The notes under the pieces: model-generated
What the model saw: only the letters and a program-made list of their open reading frames with translations
The model's database searches: none
Told to the model about the DNA's origin: nothing
In this document: positions 8,791-15,690 of the stretch, in pieces
Numbering within the stretch: position 1 is the stretch's first letter
Layout: each line of letters starts with the position of its first letter
Virus record (IMG/VR): IMGVR_UViG_3300027327_000001
Length of the DNA stretch: 64,000 bases
From: a virus
Direction: 5' to 3' (one strand)
Program-made: the position numbers and the translations under genes

Positions 8791-8863
8791 AATCTCGCTT
8801 TTCGGGCCGTTGCGGCGGCCCGATTACCGGGACTCTACCGGATGAAGGAAAAGGAAACAGAAA
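8791..8863 (+). promoter_or_regulatory. early intergenic cassette copy L
   Basis: cgcttttCGGGCCGttgcggCGGCCCGattACCGGgactctACCGGAtgaAGGAAAAGGAAA. Confidence 0.8.
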
Positions 8864-9331
8864 ATGGAATTGATTAAAATATCGCTGAATGACGAAATCG
8901 CTACCCGATTGATAAACGAAAAGGATGATCTCGACGAGCGCATTGAAAAGGTGAAGGAAATTCAAGACTCCATGCTAAGAGAAATTGAAGATATGGAGTG
9001 CGACGAAGATCCGCGCTTTGACGCGCTGGATCAAGATTTGTCATGGATTGGTGATTACCTGATCGAACTGCGAGCCGTCGAGTCCTATTGGAAGGCGCTT
9101 CAAGCCAATAGCGACTTCCGGCCATGCCATTTTCCGGGCCCGCTTGCGCGCGTGCAAGGCGAACAGCGCGACAGCGACGGCGACGCAAACGTTTTCGACG
9201 TGCTAGTTGAAGCGGACAATTACGAGTCGGCGAAAAAGGCGGCCGATGAGTTTCTTCGCTACAGTTCCGATGCGAATATCTGCTACCAGTGCAGCGACTG
9301 CACAGAAATTATTGTGACGCTCTACAACTAG
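8864..9331 (+). CDS. hypothetical acidic protein
   Basis: 155 aa and D/E-rich in the N-terminal half. A C-terminal CxxCxxC is present (CYQCSDC). Confidence 0.6.
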   Translation: MELIKISLNDEIATRLINEKDDLDERIEKVKEIQDSMLREIEDMECDEDPRFDALDQDLSWIGDYLIELRAVESYWKALQANSDFRPCHFPGPLARVQGEQRDSDGDANVFDVLVEADNYESAKKAADEFLRYSSDANICYQCSDCTEIIVTLYN

Positions 9332-9402
9332 AATCTCGCTTTCCTTGCCGCGCGCGGCAAGGTTACCGGGATTTTCCGGACAACAACTAGGAGACTGAAA
9401 AA
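9332..9402 (+). promoter_or_regulatory. early intergenic cassette copy M
   Basis: cgctttCCTTGCCGCgcGCGGCAAGGttACCGGgattttCCGGAcaacaactAGGAGA. Confidence 0.8.
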
Positions 9403-10038
9403 ATGACCAAATTTCGCAAGCAATTGAAAGTCGATAAATCGCTTTTTCGCGCTGTCCGCAATGGACTTGACGGCAAGCACACGCGCCCGGCATTCAACGG
9501 GATCCATGTAGCTTCAGACGCTTCCCGACTGACATTGACAACCACAAATGGCGCAATGTGCATGATAGGAACACAAATTTGGACTGGGGAAGACGACTCG
9601 GACAACTGGGGCGATCTTCCCGCGAAAGGAGTCATACTTCCGAACAGAACTTGCCGCCGCGTCAAAAAGGGAAAGCCTGGTGACATTATCGAGATCGAAA
9701 TTAACAGCCTGGAAAATGGGGCCGGCAATTTCGAAATCTTGGATGGTCGATACACTTCCTACAGCGACGTTTTGACGGATTACCCGTTCCCGCCTGTTCA
9801 ACAGGTTATGCCGCGCTCGTTCGCGCCACAGGATGAATTTGGCTTGGGCGGCGAAGTGCTTGCCAGATTGAGCGCGGCCGGCAAGGAATTCGCGCGCGCC
9901 TATACGCGCTTGCGCTTCGAAGCGCCAGACGAGTCGGAAGACGGAATCCCGAAAAACAAAATCATGGTGGACTACTACCGAATTTCGGAAGGCAGATTCG
10001 AGCTGGAATTGCAGGCATTCGCGATGCCAGTTCGCTAA
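9403..10038 (+). CDS. putative DNA polymerase III beta (sliding clamp)-like protein
   Basis: TRPAFNGIHVASDASRLTLTTTNGAMCMI resembles the DnaN N-terminal motif (R..L.GV.....L...ATDG.R). GRYTSYSDVLTDYPFPPVQQVMP resembles the DnaN FPDY..V.P inter-domain motif. At 211 aa it is shorter than a full clamp. Confidence 0.4.
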   Translation: MTKFRKQLKVDKSLFRAVRNGLDGKHTRPAFNGIHVASDASRLTLTTTNGAMCMIGTQIWTGEDDSDNWGDLPAKGVILPNRTCRRVKKGKPGDIIEIEINSLENGAGNFEILDGRYTSYSDVLTDYPFPPVQQVMPRSFAPQDEFGLGGEVLARLSAAGKEFARAYTRLRFEAPDESEDGIPKNKIMVDYYRISEGRFELELQAFAMPVR

Positions 10039-10094
10039 TGAATTAGCAACGCGGGCGGCGGTTCCGTCGCCCGCGCCAACCTAAGGAAAAGAAA

Positions 10095-10514
10095 ATGAAA
10101 ATCGAAGTTTTGGACAAAAACAAGGATGAAATTTACGAGGCTTTAGCCCCGGTTCGTCGGGCCGCTAGTGGCGATGATTTAGGCTATTTTGAAAAGGTTC
10201 GTAGCGAGATTAGATACGCGGACGAACGCCTTGAGCAATTTGGCCTGATCGGATCGGTAATTAGCTGCGATTGCCGCCTTCACCTGGAAACCGGCAATAT
10301 ACATTTTCGCGCGCCAAGAAAGGCAATGACGGTCGAGATAACGCGCGATTATGGCCGCTGGTATTTAACGGACGTTTTCGAGTCCGTCCAACAACCGGAC
10401 ACATGGCCGAAGCGCGACATTCTGATCACAAAAAAGCAATACGATTTTTCGATTGAGCAATTGACGCATGACCTAGGAATCGTCGTGGTCGATGAAAAGG
10501 AGGATTCAAAGTGA
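10095..10514 (+). CDS. hypothetical protein, paralog family 2
   Basis: 139 aa. It aligns with the 5701 and 10511 products (…ERLEQFGLIG…DCRLH…RWYLTDVFES…). Confidence 0.65.
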   Translation: MKIEVLDKNKDEIYEALAPVRRAASGDDLGYFEKVRSEIRYADERLEQFGLIGSVISCDCRLHLETGNIHFRAPRKAMTVEITRDYGRWYLTDVFESVQQPDTWPKRDILITKKQYDFSIEQLTHDLGIVVVDEKEDSK

Positions 10515-10933
10515 AAATAAATCTAAAAGACAAAGGCGCCATTGGAAGCGCATTGATCAAAAACTGGAACGAGGGAGAATACAACGTTAGAGTCTGGGGC
10601 GTTTATGAACTCCGTGACATGGTAGAAGACGCAGATCAAAAACTGGACGAACTCGGACTTATTGATCTTGATCGGAAGCACGGCCGCGATTGCGATTGCC
10701 GCCTAGTCGCTCAATGCTGCACTGGCGCGCATTTCGGCGGCAATAATAGGATCGTTCAAAAGGTTACGATAAAGCGCGAAAAATATACCTGGTTTCTAAC
10801 GCGGATAGAAGCTTCGGAGCTTCCGAACGGCCAATGGCCGCAATTCAAAATTTTCCTTAGCCAAGCGCAAATCGACAGAGCGCAAAAAATGCTTCTCGAA
10901 CACCTGAAAATATTTGTGGACGGAACCGAATGA
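10511..10933 (+). CDS. hypothetical protein, paralog family 2
   Basis: The GTG start overlaps the upstream TGA (GTGA). 140 aa (…QKLDELGLID…DCRLV…TWFLTRIEAS…). Confidence 0.65.
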   Translation: MKINLKDKGAIGSALIKNWNEGEYNVRVWGVYELRDMVEDADQKLDELGLIDLDRKHGRDCDCRLVAQCCTGAHFGGNNRIVQKVTIKREKYTWFLTRIEASELPNGQWPQFKIFLSQAQIDRAQKMLLEHLKIFVDGTE

Positions 10934-11008
10934 TCGTCGCTTTGGGAACCGGTTCGCCGGTTCCTGAACCGGCGATTATGCCGGACAACTGATTACAGGA
11001 GACTAAAA
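10934..11008 (+). promoter_or_regulatory. early intergenic cassette copy N
   Basis: cgctttGGGAACCGGttcgCCGGTTCCtgaACCGGcgattatgCCGGAcaactgattacAGGAGA. Confidence 0.75.
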
Positions 11009-11200
11009 ATGCAAATGACCAAAGCCTTGAACTTGAACGCGATCGCGGTTCCCTATCAACCGCTTATGGCGGATCGCCTTGCCGAACTCGAATTGCTGCA
11101 TGAATTTGGCTTTGCCAGTCGTCGAGACGTGAAGGAGCTCAAGCATCTTCAGGGGCTTACTCGGACGATTGAGAGAGAGCAGGAAGAATCCTACCACTAA
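11009..11200 (+). CDS. hypothetical small protein
   Basis: 63 aa, following the cassette SD. Confidence 0.55.
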   Translation: MQMTKALNLNAIAVPYQPLMADRLAELELLHEFGFASRRDVKELKHLQGLTRTIEREQEESYH

Positions 11201-11279
11201 TAGCAAGTGCCGCTTTCCGGGCCGCTTAGGCGGCCCGTCGACCGGCGCTTTGACCGGAAAACCCATAGGAGAACTGAAA
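11201..11279 (+). promoter_or_regulatory. early intergenic cassette copy O
   Basis: cgctttCCGGGCCGCttagGCGGCCCGtcgACCGGcgctttgACCGGAaaacccatAGGAGA. Confidence 0.8.
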
Positions 11280-11654
11280 ATGACGCAAGAAATTATGCTT
11301 GGTGACTATCTGCTTATCGGACAAGACATTGAGGATCTCATTGAACGCCTGGAAGACGTTCGCGACGATCCGGAAAGCCGCGACTTGGACGAGGACGAAC
11401 AAAACCAGTTGGACATATGGACGAAATTCAAAAACGAGTGCGAAGGCTGTGATGATATCGGGCACATTATTTTTCGCCGTGAAGATACGTTCGCGGACTA
11501 TTGCAAAGAACTTGCAATAGATATGGGAGCAATTACCGGTGACGAAAAATGGCCGCTTAATTGCATAGACTGGGAAAAGGCGGCTAGAGAAGAAAGGCAT
11601 AGCTACTTTGAAATAGAAGTTAACGGACACGAATACCTTTACTTTGCCGAATAA
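11280..11654 (+). CDS. putative ArdA-like antirestriction protein (single domain)
   Basis: The N-terminus is acidic. HIIFRREDTFADYCKELAIDMGAITGDEKWPLNCIDWEKAAREERHSYFEIEVNGHEYLY aligns by eye with the ArdA C-terminal domain (IIIHSD..YDVARYYIEETGALGE....YIDY..YGRDL......G.F). Confidence 0.45.
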   Translation: MTQEIMLGDYLLIGQDIEDLIERLEDVRDDPESRDLDEDEQNQLDIWTKFKNECEGCDDIGHIIFRREDTFADYCKELAIDMGAITGDEKWPLNCIDWEKAAREERHSYFEIEVNGHEYLYFAE

Positions 11655-11717
11655 TCGGCGATGGAACCCGGCGGCTGCTCAAGCGGCCGCCGTTGCAACT
11701 CAAACGGAGACTCAAAA

Positions 11718-12344
11718 ATGACCAAGCCAACAATCGAAGTCGAGATACCTTTTGCCGGATTCTATTATTCAGTGCATGACTCGGCGATGGATACGCATTT
11801 AGAGGTATTTTGCGACGATGACGAAGACGAAATTGAAAGCGCTTTTCGGTCGATAGACTGGCACAAGGCGAATGAGCTTTACGCCAAATTTTATTTCGAC
11901 CAATTCCTACAGGATTTTTTGCCGCGGCTTATCGACGCGGACTCGTCGCCGGCGATTGAATACGGCCACAGATGGCAGCCGGCCGAATACAATTTCGCGA
12001 CGGATCGAATATTCGGAGTCGTCAATGCGGACGTGTTCGAACGCATGTTTGAGCAGTGCGATCGCGCCGCGCTTGACGCGGAAGCAAAGCGACTGTTTAC
12101 CAGCGGGCCGGGCTTTATGAGCTTCTATAGCCCGCGCATGGCTGATTGGCCGGCCGATAGGTCTGCTTGGGACGTTAACCAAAATTCCGCCGTCCTCTAT
12201 GGATGGCTTCGAACCTTCGGCGGTTCGGATTGGCTGCAAGAGTTTCAAGCATGGGAGATGGATTTTTTCTATCTCGATTGCATATCCGACAATCTGGATG
12301 AGATTTTCGGATCCGCCGGCCTGAACTTCGAACGCGCCAACTAG
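11718..12344 (+). CDS. hypothetical protein (resembles plasmid leading-region or anti-restriction-neighbourhood proteins)
   Basis: ATG at 11718 (MTKPTIEVEIPFAGFYYSVHDSAMD...). A QPAEYNFATDRIFG motif is present. 208 aa. Confidence 0.6.
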   Translation: MTKPTIEVEIPFAGFYYSVHDSAMDTHLEVFCDDDEDEIESAFRSIDWHKANELYAKFYFDQFLQDFLPRLIDADSSPAIEYGHRWQPAEYNFATDRIFGVVNADVFERMFEQCDRAALDAEAKRLFTSGPGFMSFYSPRMADWPADRSAWDVNQNSAVLYGWLRTFGGSDWLQEFQAWEMDFFYLDCISDNLDEIFGSAGLNFERAN

Positions 12345-12425
12345 CCGCTGAAGAGGGCGGCGCCGGCAAGCGCCGCCCGAAACTCCGATACGGAGTCCGG
12401 CAATCTTGCCAAAAAGGAACTGAGA

Positions 12426-13103
12426 ATGAGAACGATAGAAACGAAAGTTTACGCCTATTCCGAGTTGTCGGAAAAGGCGCAAAAGGTAGCGAAGAATTGG
12501 CTTTGCGAAGATGTCTTAGGGAATGATGATGATTGTTGGAACGATCCCGCGATTGACACCTTCAAGCAGGTTTCCGCGGCGCTTGGAATTGAGCTATTCG
12601 ACGACGAAAAGACCGGACGCGAATCCGTTCACTACAGACTAAATTTCATGTCGGACGATGGCGCTTTTTTCACCGGCGATTACTCCTACAAGGCAGGTAG
12701 TGTTGGAGCGATCCAGAAATTCAATGACGGCGAACTTACGCGAATTGCCAAGGATCTATATTCCCTTCAGTGCCAGTTCGGAAGAGAATTGACAGCGGAA
12801 ATTAGGGTTGTCGACGTCGGCACAATTATCACGATGGGCGATGACGAATACGAAAATTTGATTATGAAGGTCAAGGGACAAAGCACGTTTGGAAAGTCCG
12901 TCACAGTGCATTCCGGGCGCTCGTATGGCAACGTCGAAAGCGCGTTAAAGGTGTTGATGGGCGATCTTGCCAATTGGCTTTTCGAGCAGATTAGAGAAGC
13001 AAATCATTACTATTACAGCGAGGAAAACACTGTGATTCTTATGGAATTGAACGGCTACGAATTCCTTGCCGATGGCCGAGTCTTTTGGGAAGGTAGCCAG
13101 TAG
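12426..13103 (+). CDS. hypothetical protein
   Basis: 225 aa: MRTIETKVYAYSELSEKAQKVAKNWL ... MELNGYEFLADGRVF. The SD is AAGGAA. Confidence 0.6.
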   Translation: MRTIETKVYAYSELSEKAQKVAKNWLCEDVLGNDDDCWNDPAIDTFKQVSAALGIELFDDEKTGRESVHYRLNFMSDDGAFFTGDYSYKAGSVGAIQKFNDGELTRIAKDLYSLQCQFGRELTAEIRVVDVGTIITMGDDEYENLIMKVKGQSTFGKSVTVHSGRSYGNVESALKVLMGDLANWLFEQIREANHYYYSEENTVILMELNGYEFLADGRVFWEGSQ

Positions 13104-13318
13104 TGGCGCCGCTGGATCGCGCATTAACACGCTTTTTCGCAGCGCTCGGAGCCGCTGGTGTGCTGGCATGGGAAGGATTCACCGACGACAGTTCGGCGGC
13201 GTTCGTATTCGCCGCCGCCCTGCTTCTCTACGCGCTTCCTGGGCTTGTTGTCGCGCTCTTGAGCCTAGCGAGCCATACCAGCGACGATGAGACTAGGAAG
13301 CCAAAGCGGAAGCGCTGA
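13103..13318 (+). CDS. small membrane protein (two predicted TM segments)
   Basis: The GTG start overlaps the upstream TAG. Hydrophobic stretches are FFAALGAAGVLAW and AAFVFAAALLLYALPGLVVALLSLA, followed by a basic tail. Confidence 0.5.
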   Translation: MAPLDRALTRFFAALGAAGVLAWEGFTDDSSAAFVFAAALLLYALPGLVVALLSLASHTSDDETRKPKRKR

Positions 13319-13337
13319 AGGCTATCGCAGACAACGG

Positions 13338-13366
13338 AAAAGGCGGCCATGTGCCGCCTTTTTTCA
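13338..13366. terminator. intrinsic terminator between convergent operons
   Basis: aaAGGCGGCcatgtGCCGCCTtttttc. It has a T-run on plus and an A-run upstream, so it is usable on both strands. Confidence 0.75.
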
Positions 13367-13534
13367 TATCAAGCCTTCTTCGTAGGCAAAATCTTCTCTT
13401 ACGAATAGGATCAAATGATCGCGATGGGCTATCTCGCTATGCGGCACAAAAAGGATCTCCTGGTCGATCCGGACAAGCAGGCCTTTCGGCGTTTCCCGCT
13501 GCACTTCGTCAATGTTGATCTCGACTTCATTCAC
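13364..13534 (-). CDS. hypothetical small protein (56 aa, below the ORF-track cutoff)
   Basis: The GTG at 13534 overlaps the TGA of the upstream gene (GTGA). Hand translation: (M)NEVEINIDEVQRETPKGLLVRIDQEILFVPHSEIAHRDHLILFVREDFAYEEGLI. Confidence 0.4.
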   Translation of the reverse strand: MNEVEINIDEVQRETPKGLLVRIDQEILFVPHSEIAHRDHLILFVREDFAYEEGLI

Positions 13535-13962
13535 CGCTTGATTCCTTTCTTTGGGTAGGCGATCGCCTTGGCCGCTGGATCGTAGCGGCCGTTGAAAATA
13601 AATTCAATGCACTGCAAGGCGGTTCCGTCTCGAACCATGCGAGACGATACCCGGAGCACTTTAAATCCTAGCAAGATAGCTTCCGCGGCGCGCCTGCAAT
13701 CGTAGTCGATGCCGTCGACGCGCTGGTGACTGCCTGGCTTGCCGTATTTCGCGCCGTCAATCTCGACCAGCAACTTGGGGCCGGCCCGGAGCTTGGCATG
13801 AAGCGTTTCGCGATCCAAATTTTTGCCCAGCACGCTTTCGTAATCTCGAACCAAAAAATCGGCCCGAAAATTCTTCCGCGGATGAAATTGGTATTGCCGT
13901 TCGTAGTAGAATTTGGTCGCGTGCTTCAATTGGAATTCAAGCTCGTCTTCGTTTTTGCTCAT
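13531..13962 (-). CDS. DUF559/Vsr-like endonuclease-fold protein
   Basis: FRADFLV...LLVEIDGAKYGKPGSHQRVDGIDYDCRRAAEAILLGFKVLRV matches the ADF..VE.DG..H....D..R...L..G..VLR pattern of Vsr/DUF559 PD-(D/E)xK proteins. It lies in the same operon as a C5 MTase. Confidence 0.55.
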   Translation of the reverse strand: MSKNEDELEFQLKHATKFYYERQYQFHPRKNFRADFLVRDYESVLGKNLDRETLHAKLRAGPKLLVEIDGAKYGKPGSHQRVDGIDYDCRRAAEAILLGFKVLRVSSRMVRDGTALQCIEFIFNGRYDPAAKAIAYPKKGIKR

Positions 13963-13976
13963 GTCGGCCTCTCTAT

Positions 13977-14124
13977 GGATGGCGCCAGCCGTTCTAAAAT
14001 TTTCAAGTAGGATGGCGCCAGCCGTTCTAAAAATTAGGATGGGCGCAGCCAGTCTAAAAATTTTTTAAGGATGGCGCCAGCCGTTCTAAAAATTCTGATA
14101 GGGATGGCGCCAGCCGTTCTAAAA
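13977..14124. repeat. array of five 23-bp direct repeats GGATGGCGCCAGCCGTTCTAAAA (iteron-like)
   Basis: Copies start at 13977, 14010, 14037 (degenerate), 14069 and 14102. The period is 27-33 bp, with AT-rich spacers of 4-10 bp. Each copy contains the palindrome TGGCGCCA. Confidence 0.9.
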
Positions 14125-14143
14125 TTTCGGGAACGCTGGTTTT

Positions 14144-14218
14144 TGGCTCCGGCGGCAGGTCTCGAACCTGCGACCGATTGATTAACAGTCAATTGCTCTA
14201 CCGCTGAGCTACGCCGGA
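14144..14218 (-). tRNA. tRNA-Asn (anticodon GUU), CCA encoded
   Basis: Hand fold: acceptor UCCGGCG/CGCCGGA, D arm GCUC-AGCGGUA-GAGC, anticodon arm AUUGA-CUGUUAA-UCAAU, variable CGGUC, T arm GCAGG-UUCGAGA-CCUGC, discriminator G, CCA. Confidence 0.9.
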
Positions 14219-14260
14219 ACGAAAGCGAGTCTAGCTTGGGATTTGTCTTGTGTAAATTAT

Positions 14261-14283
14261 GGATGGCGCCAGCCGTTCTAAAA
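14261..14283. repeat. sixth copy of the 23-bp repeat, on the other side of the tRNA
   Basis: A perfect GGATGGCGCCAGCCGTTCTAAAA that overlaps the TAG stop of the C5 MTase gene. Confidence 0.9.
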
Positions 14284-15690
14284 TTTTTGGGCCGGCGGCG
14301 CATCCTCATCTTTTTTTTGCGCAATAGGAATTCCATGCTTGCTCCAAACTTCATCCATGAGCTTGATTCGATGGCCGAGCCAGTTCATGCAATTTACGGC
14401 CATCGAGTTGCCGAGAATCGCGTAGCGCCTGGTCTTGGGCATTGGCTTGCCGCGGTGCTCGACAAGCGTGTAGTTGTCGGGGAATCCGAAAAGCCGCTCG
14501 ACTTCAAGAGGCGTGAGCTTGCGGACAACGTAACCGTCCGTGATGGCGATATAGCCTTGGCCGGGAGCTCCGCCGGGCTTGTTGATTGACGGCGTTATCT
14601 CGCCGTCGCCACCGGCAAGCCGCACGTGTCCCTGCTGGTTCTGCGCGAACGCCACGGCCTGCGGCGGATTGCCCGTGTCGATGGTTCCACTAACGCCCTC
14701 CCACGCGCCGAAGCTCGATTGCCTTGCCTGGAATGCGACTGCCTGAGGATGCCCGGTTTGACACGTGTAAGCGGCTTCGTCTTCGCGCCAGCCATTGCCG
14801 TTCGGAGAGGATTTGGGATTGGTTCTATCCGCCTTTTCATGGATGGCGACGACCTTCTGCACGATTAGGTGACCTTCCCGCCCTCTCTTGTCCGCCTTCA
14901 TATGTCCCACAATTGCGGGGGAAACGGGTTGGCATGCAGTTTCTTGGCACTCGTCTTCTGCCGGACCGCCGCCGCCTTTCGCCGACTGCGCCGTGACCGC
15001 TTCGCAGACTCCAGGCTCTGCGACTCCGTCGCCCGCTTCAAGCCCGCTATTTTCCTCAGAACCGTATCCAAGAAACCCGGCAGTTTCCTGCCTTCTTTTT
15101 CTGCGCGGTGGATGATGCCTCTGCATGCTCTCCCGCTCAAATAATACTCCCGCAGGTGCTCGCCAGTCACTTCCAAGACATCCAACAACGAAGACACGCC
15201 GTCGCTGCTGGGGGACGGCACGAGGGTGTGATTGAACTCGGATATATTGAGAGTCGAAGATTCTGTAGCTGAGACTATACCCGCATTTAACCATCGCCCC
15301 GAGGATGGTTCCAAACGCCCGTCCTCCGTCCATTGACAGGAGTCCGGGGACATTTTCCCACAAAAACCATCTTGGTTGTAGTCGAGAAAGAATTTCCACA
15401 TAGGTGAGTGATAGGTTGCCACGCGGGTCATCCAGGCCACCGCGTCCTCCTGCGATGGAGTAGGACTGGCAGGGGGTTCCTCCAACAAGAACGTCAATTG
15501 ATTTTCGGTCATCCGACAGCCTTTCTAAAAGAGTAGTCATGTCGCCGTAGTTCGGGACGTCGGGATAGTAGTGATTTAGCAGCGAGCAGCAATGCGGATC
15601 CACTTCGGCAAAGAATTGCGGCTCCCAGCCAAGCGGTTCCCATGCGACGGTAGCTGCCTCTATCCCAGAGCAGACGGAGCCGTATTTCAT
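14278..15690 (-). CDS. dcm: DNA (cytosine-5) methyltransferase
   Basis: Motif I is GSVCSGIEA, motif IV GGTPCQSYS, motif VI WENVPGLLS and motif VIII PQQRRRVFVVG. Motif IX is RKLTPLEVERLFGFPDNYT and motif X RYAILGNSMAVN. Confidence 0.9.
   Translation of the reverse strand: MKYGSVCSGIEAATVAWEPLGWEPQFFAEVDPHCCSLLNHYYPDVPNYGDMTTLLERLSDDRKSIDVLVGGTPCQSYSIAGGRGGLDDPRGNLSLTYVEILSRLQPRWFLWENVPGLLSMDGGRAFGTILGAMVKCGYSLSYRIFDSQYIRVQSHPRAVPQQRRRVFVVGCLGSDWRAPAGVLFERESMQRHHPPRRKRRQETAGFLGYGSEENSGLEAGDGVAEPGVCEAVTAQSAKGGGGPAEDECQETACQPVSPAIVGHMKADKRGREGHLIVQKVVAIHEKADRTNPKSSPNGNGWREDEAAYTCQTGHPQAVAFQARQSSFGAWEGVSGTIDTGNPPQAVAFAQNQQGHVRLAGGDGEITPSINKPGGAPGQGYIAITDGYVVRKLTPLEVERLFGFPDNYTLVEHRGKPMPKTRRYAILGNSMAVNCMNWLGHRIKLMDEVWSKHGIPIAQKKDEDAPPAQKF
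14898..15512 (-). CDS. nested alternative-frame ORF (204 codons) inside the C5 MTase gene; coding status uncertain
   Basis: This same-strand ORF overlaps MTase motifs IV-VIII. Its translation is protein-like (…CQWTEDGRLEPSSGRWLNAG…TLNISEF…SSLLDVLEVTGEHLREYYLSGRACRGIIHRAEKEGRKLP…). See findings. Confidence 0.3.
   Translation of the reverse strand: MTENQLTFLLEEPPASPTPSQEDAVAWMTRVATYHSPMWKFFLDYNQDGFCGKMSPDSCQWTEDGRLEPSSGRWLNAGIVSATESSTLNISEFNHTLVPSPSSDGVSSLLDVLEVTGEHLREYYLSGRACRGIIHRAEKEGRKLPGFLDTVLRKIAGLKRATESQSLESAKRSRRSRRKAAAVRQKTSAKKLHANPFPPQLWDI

Noticed and set aside
3032-11279. The conserved TTACCGG…ACCGGACAAC box could be read as an ordinary sigma70 promoter.
   Set aside because: The best -35-like hexamer (TTACCG) has no acceptable -10 hexamer at 16-18 nt. 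Any -10-like match (GATAGG) overlaps the SD and would remove it from the transcript. I therefore keep the box as an element of unknown mechanism.
13977-14283. The 23-bp repeat array might have been a small CRISPR array.
   Set aside because: The gaps between repeats are only 4-10 bp and AT-rich, not 25-40-bp unique spacers. One copy lies across a tRNA, and there are no cas genes in the window. It fits an iteron or operator array much better.
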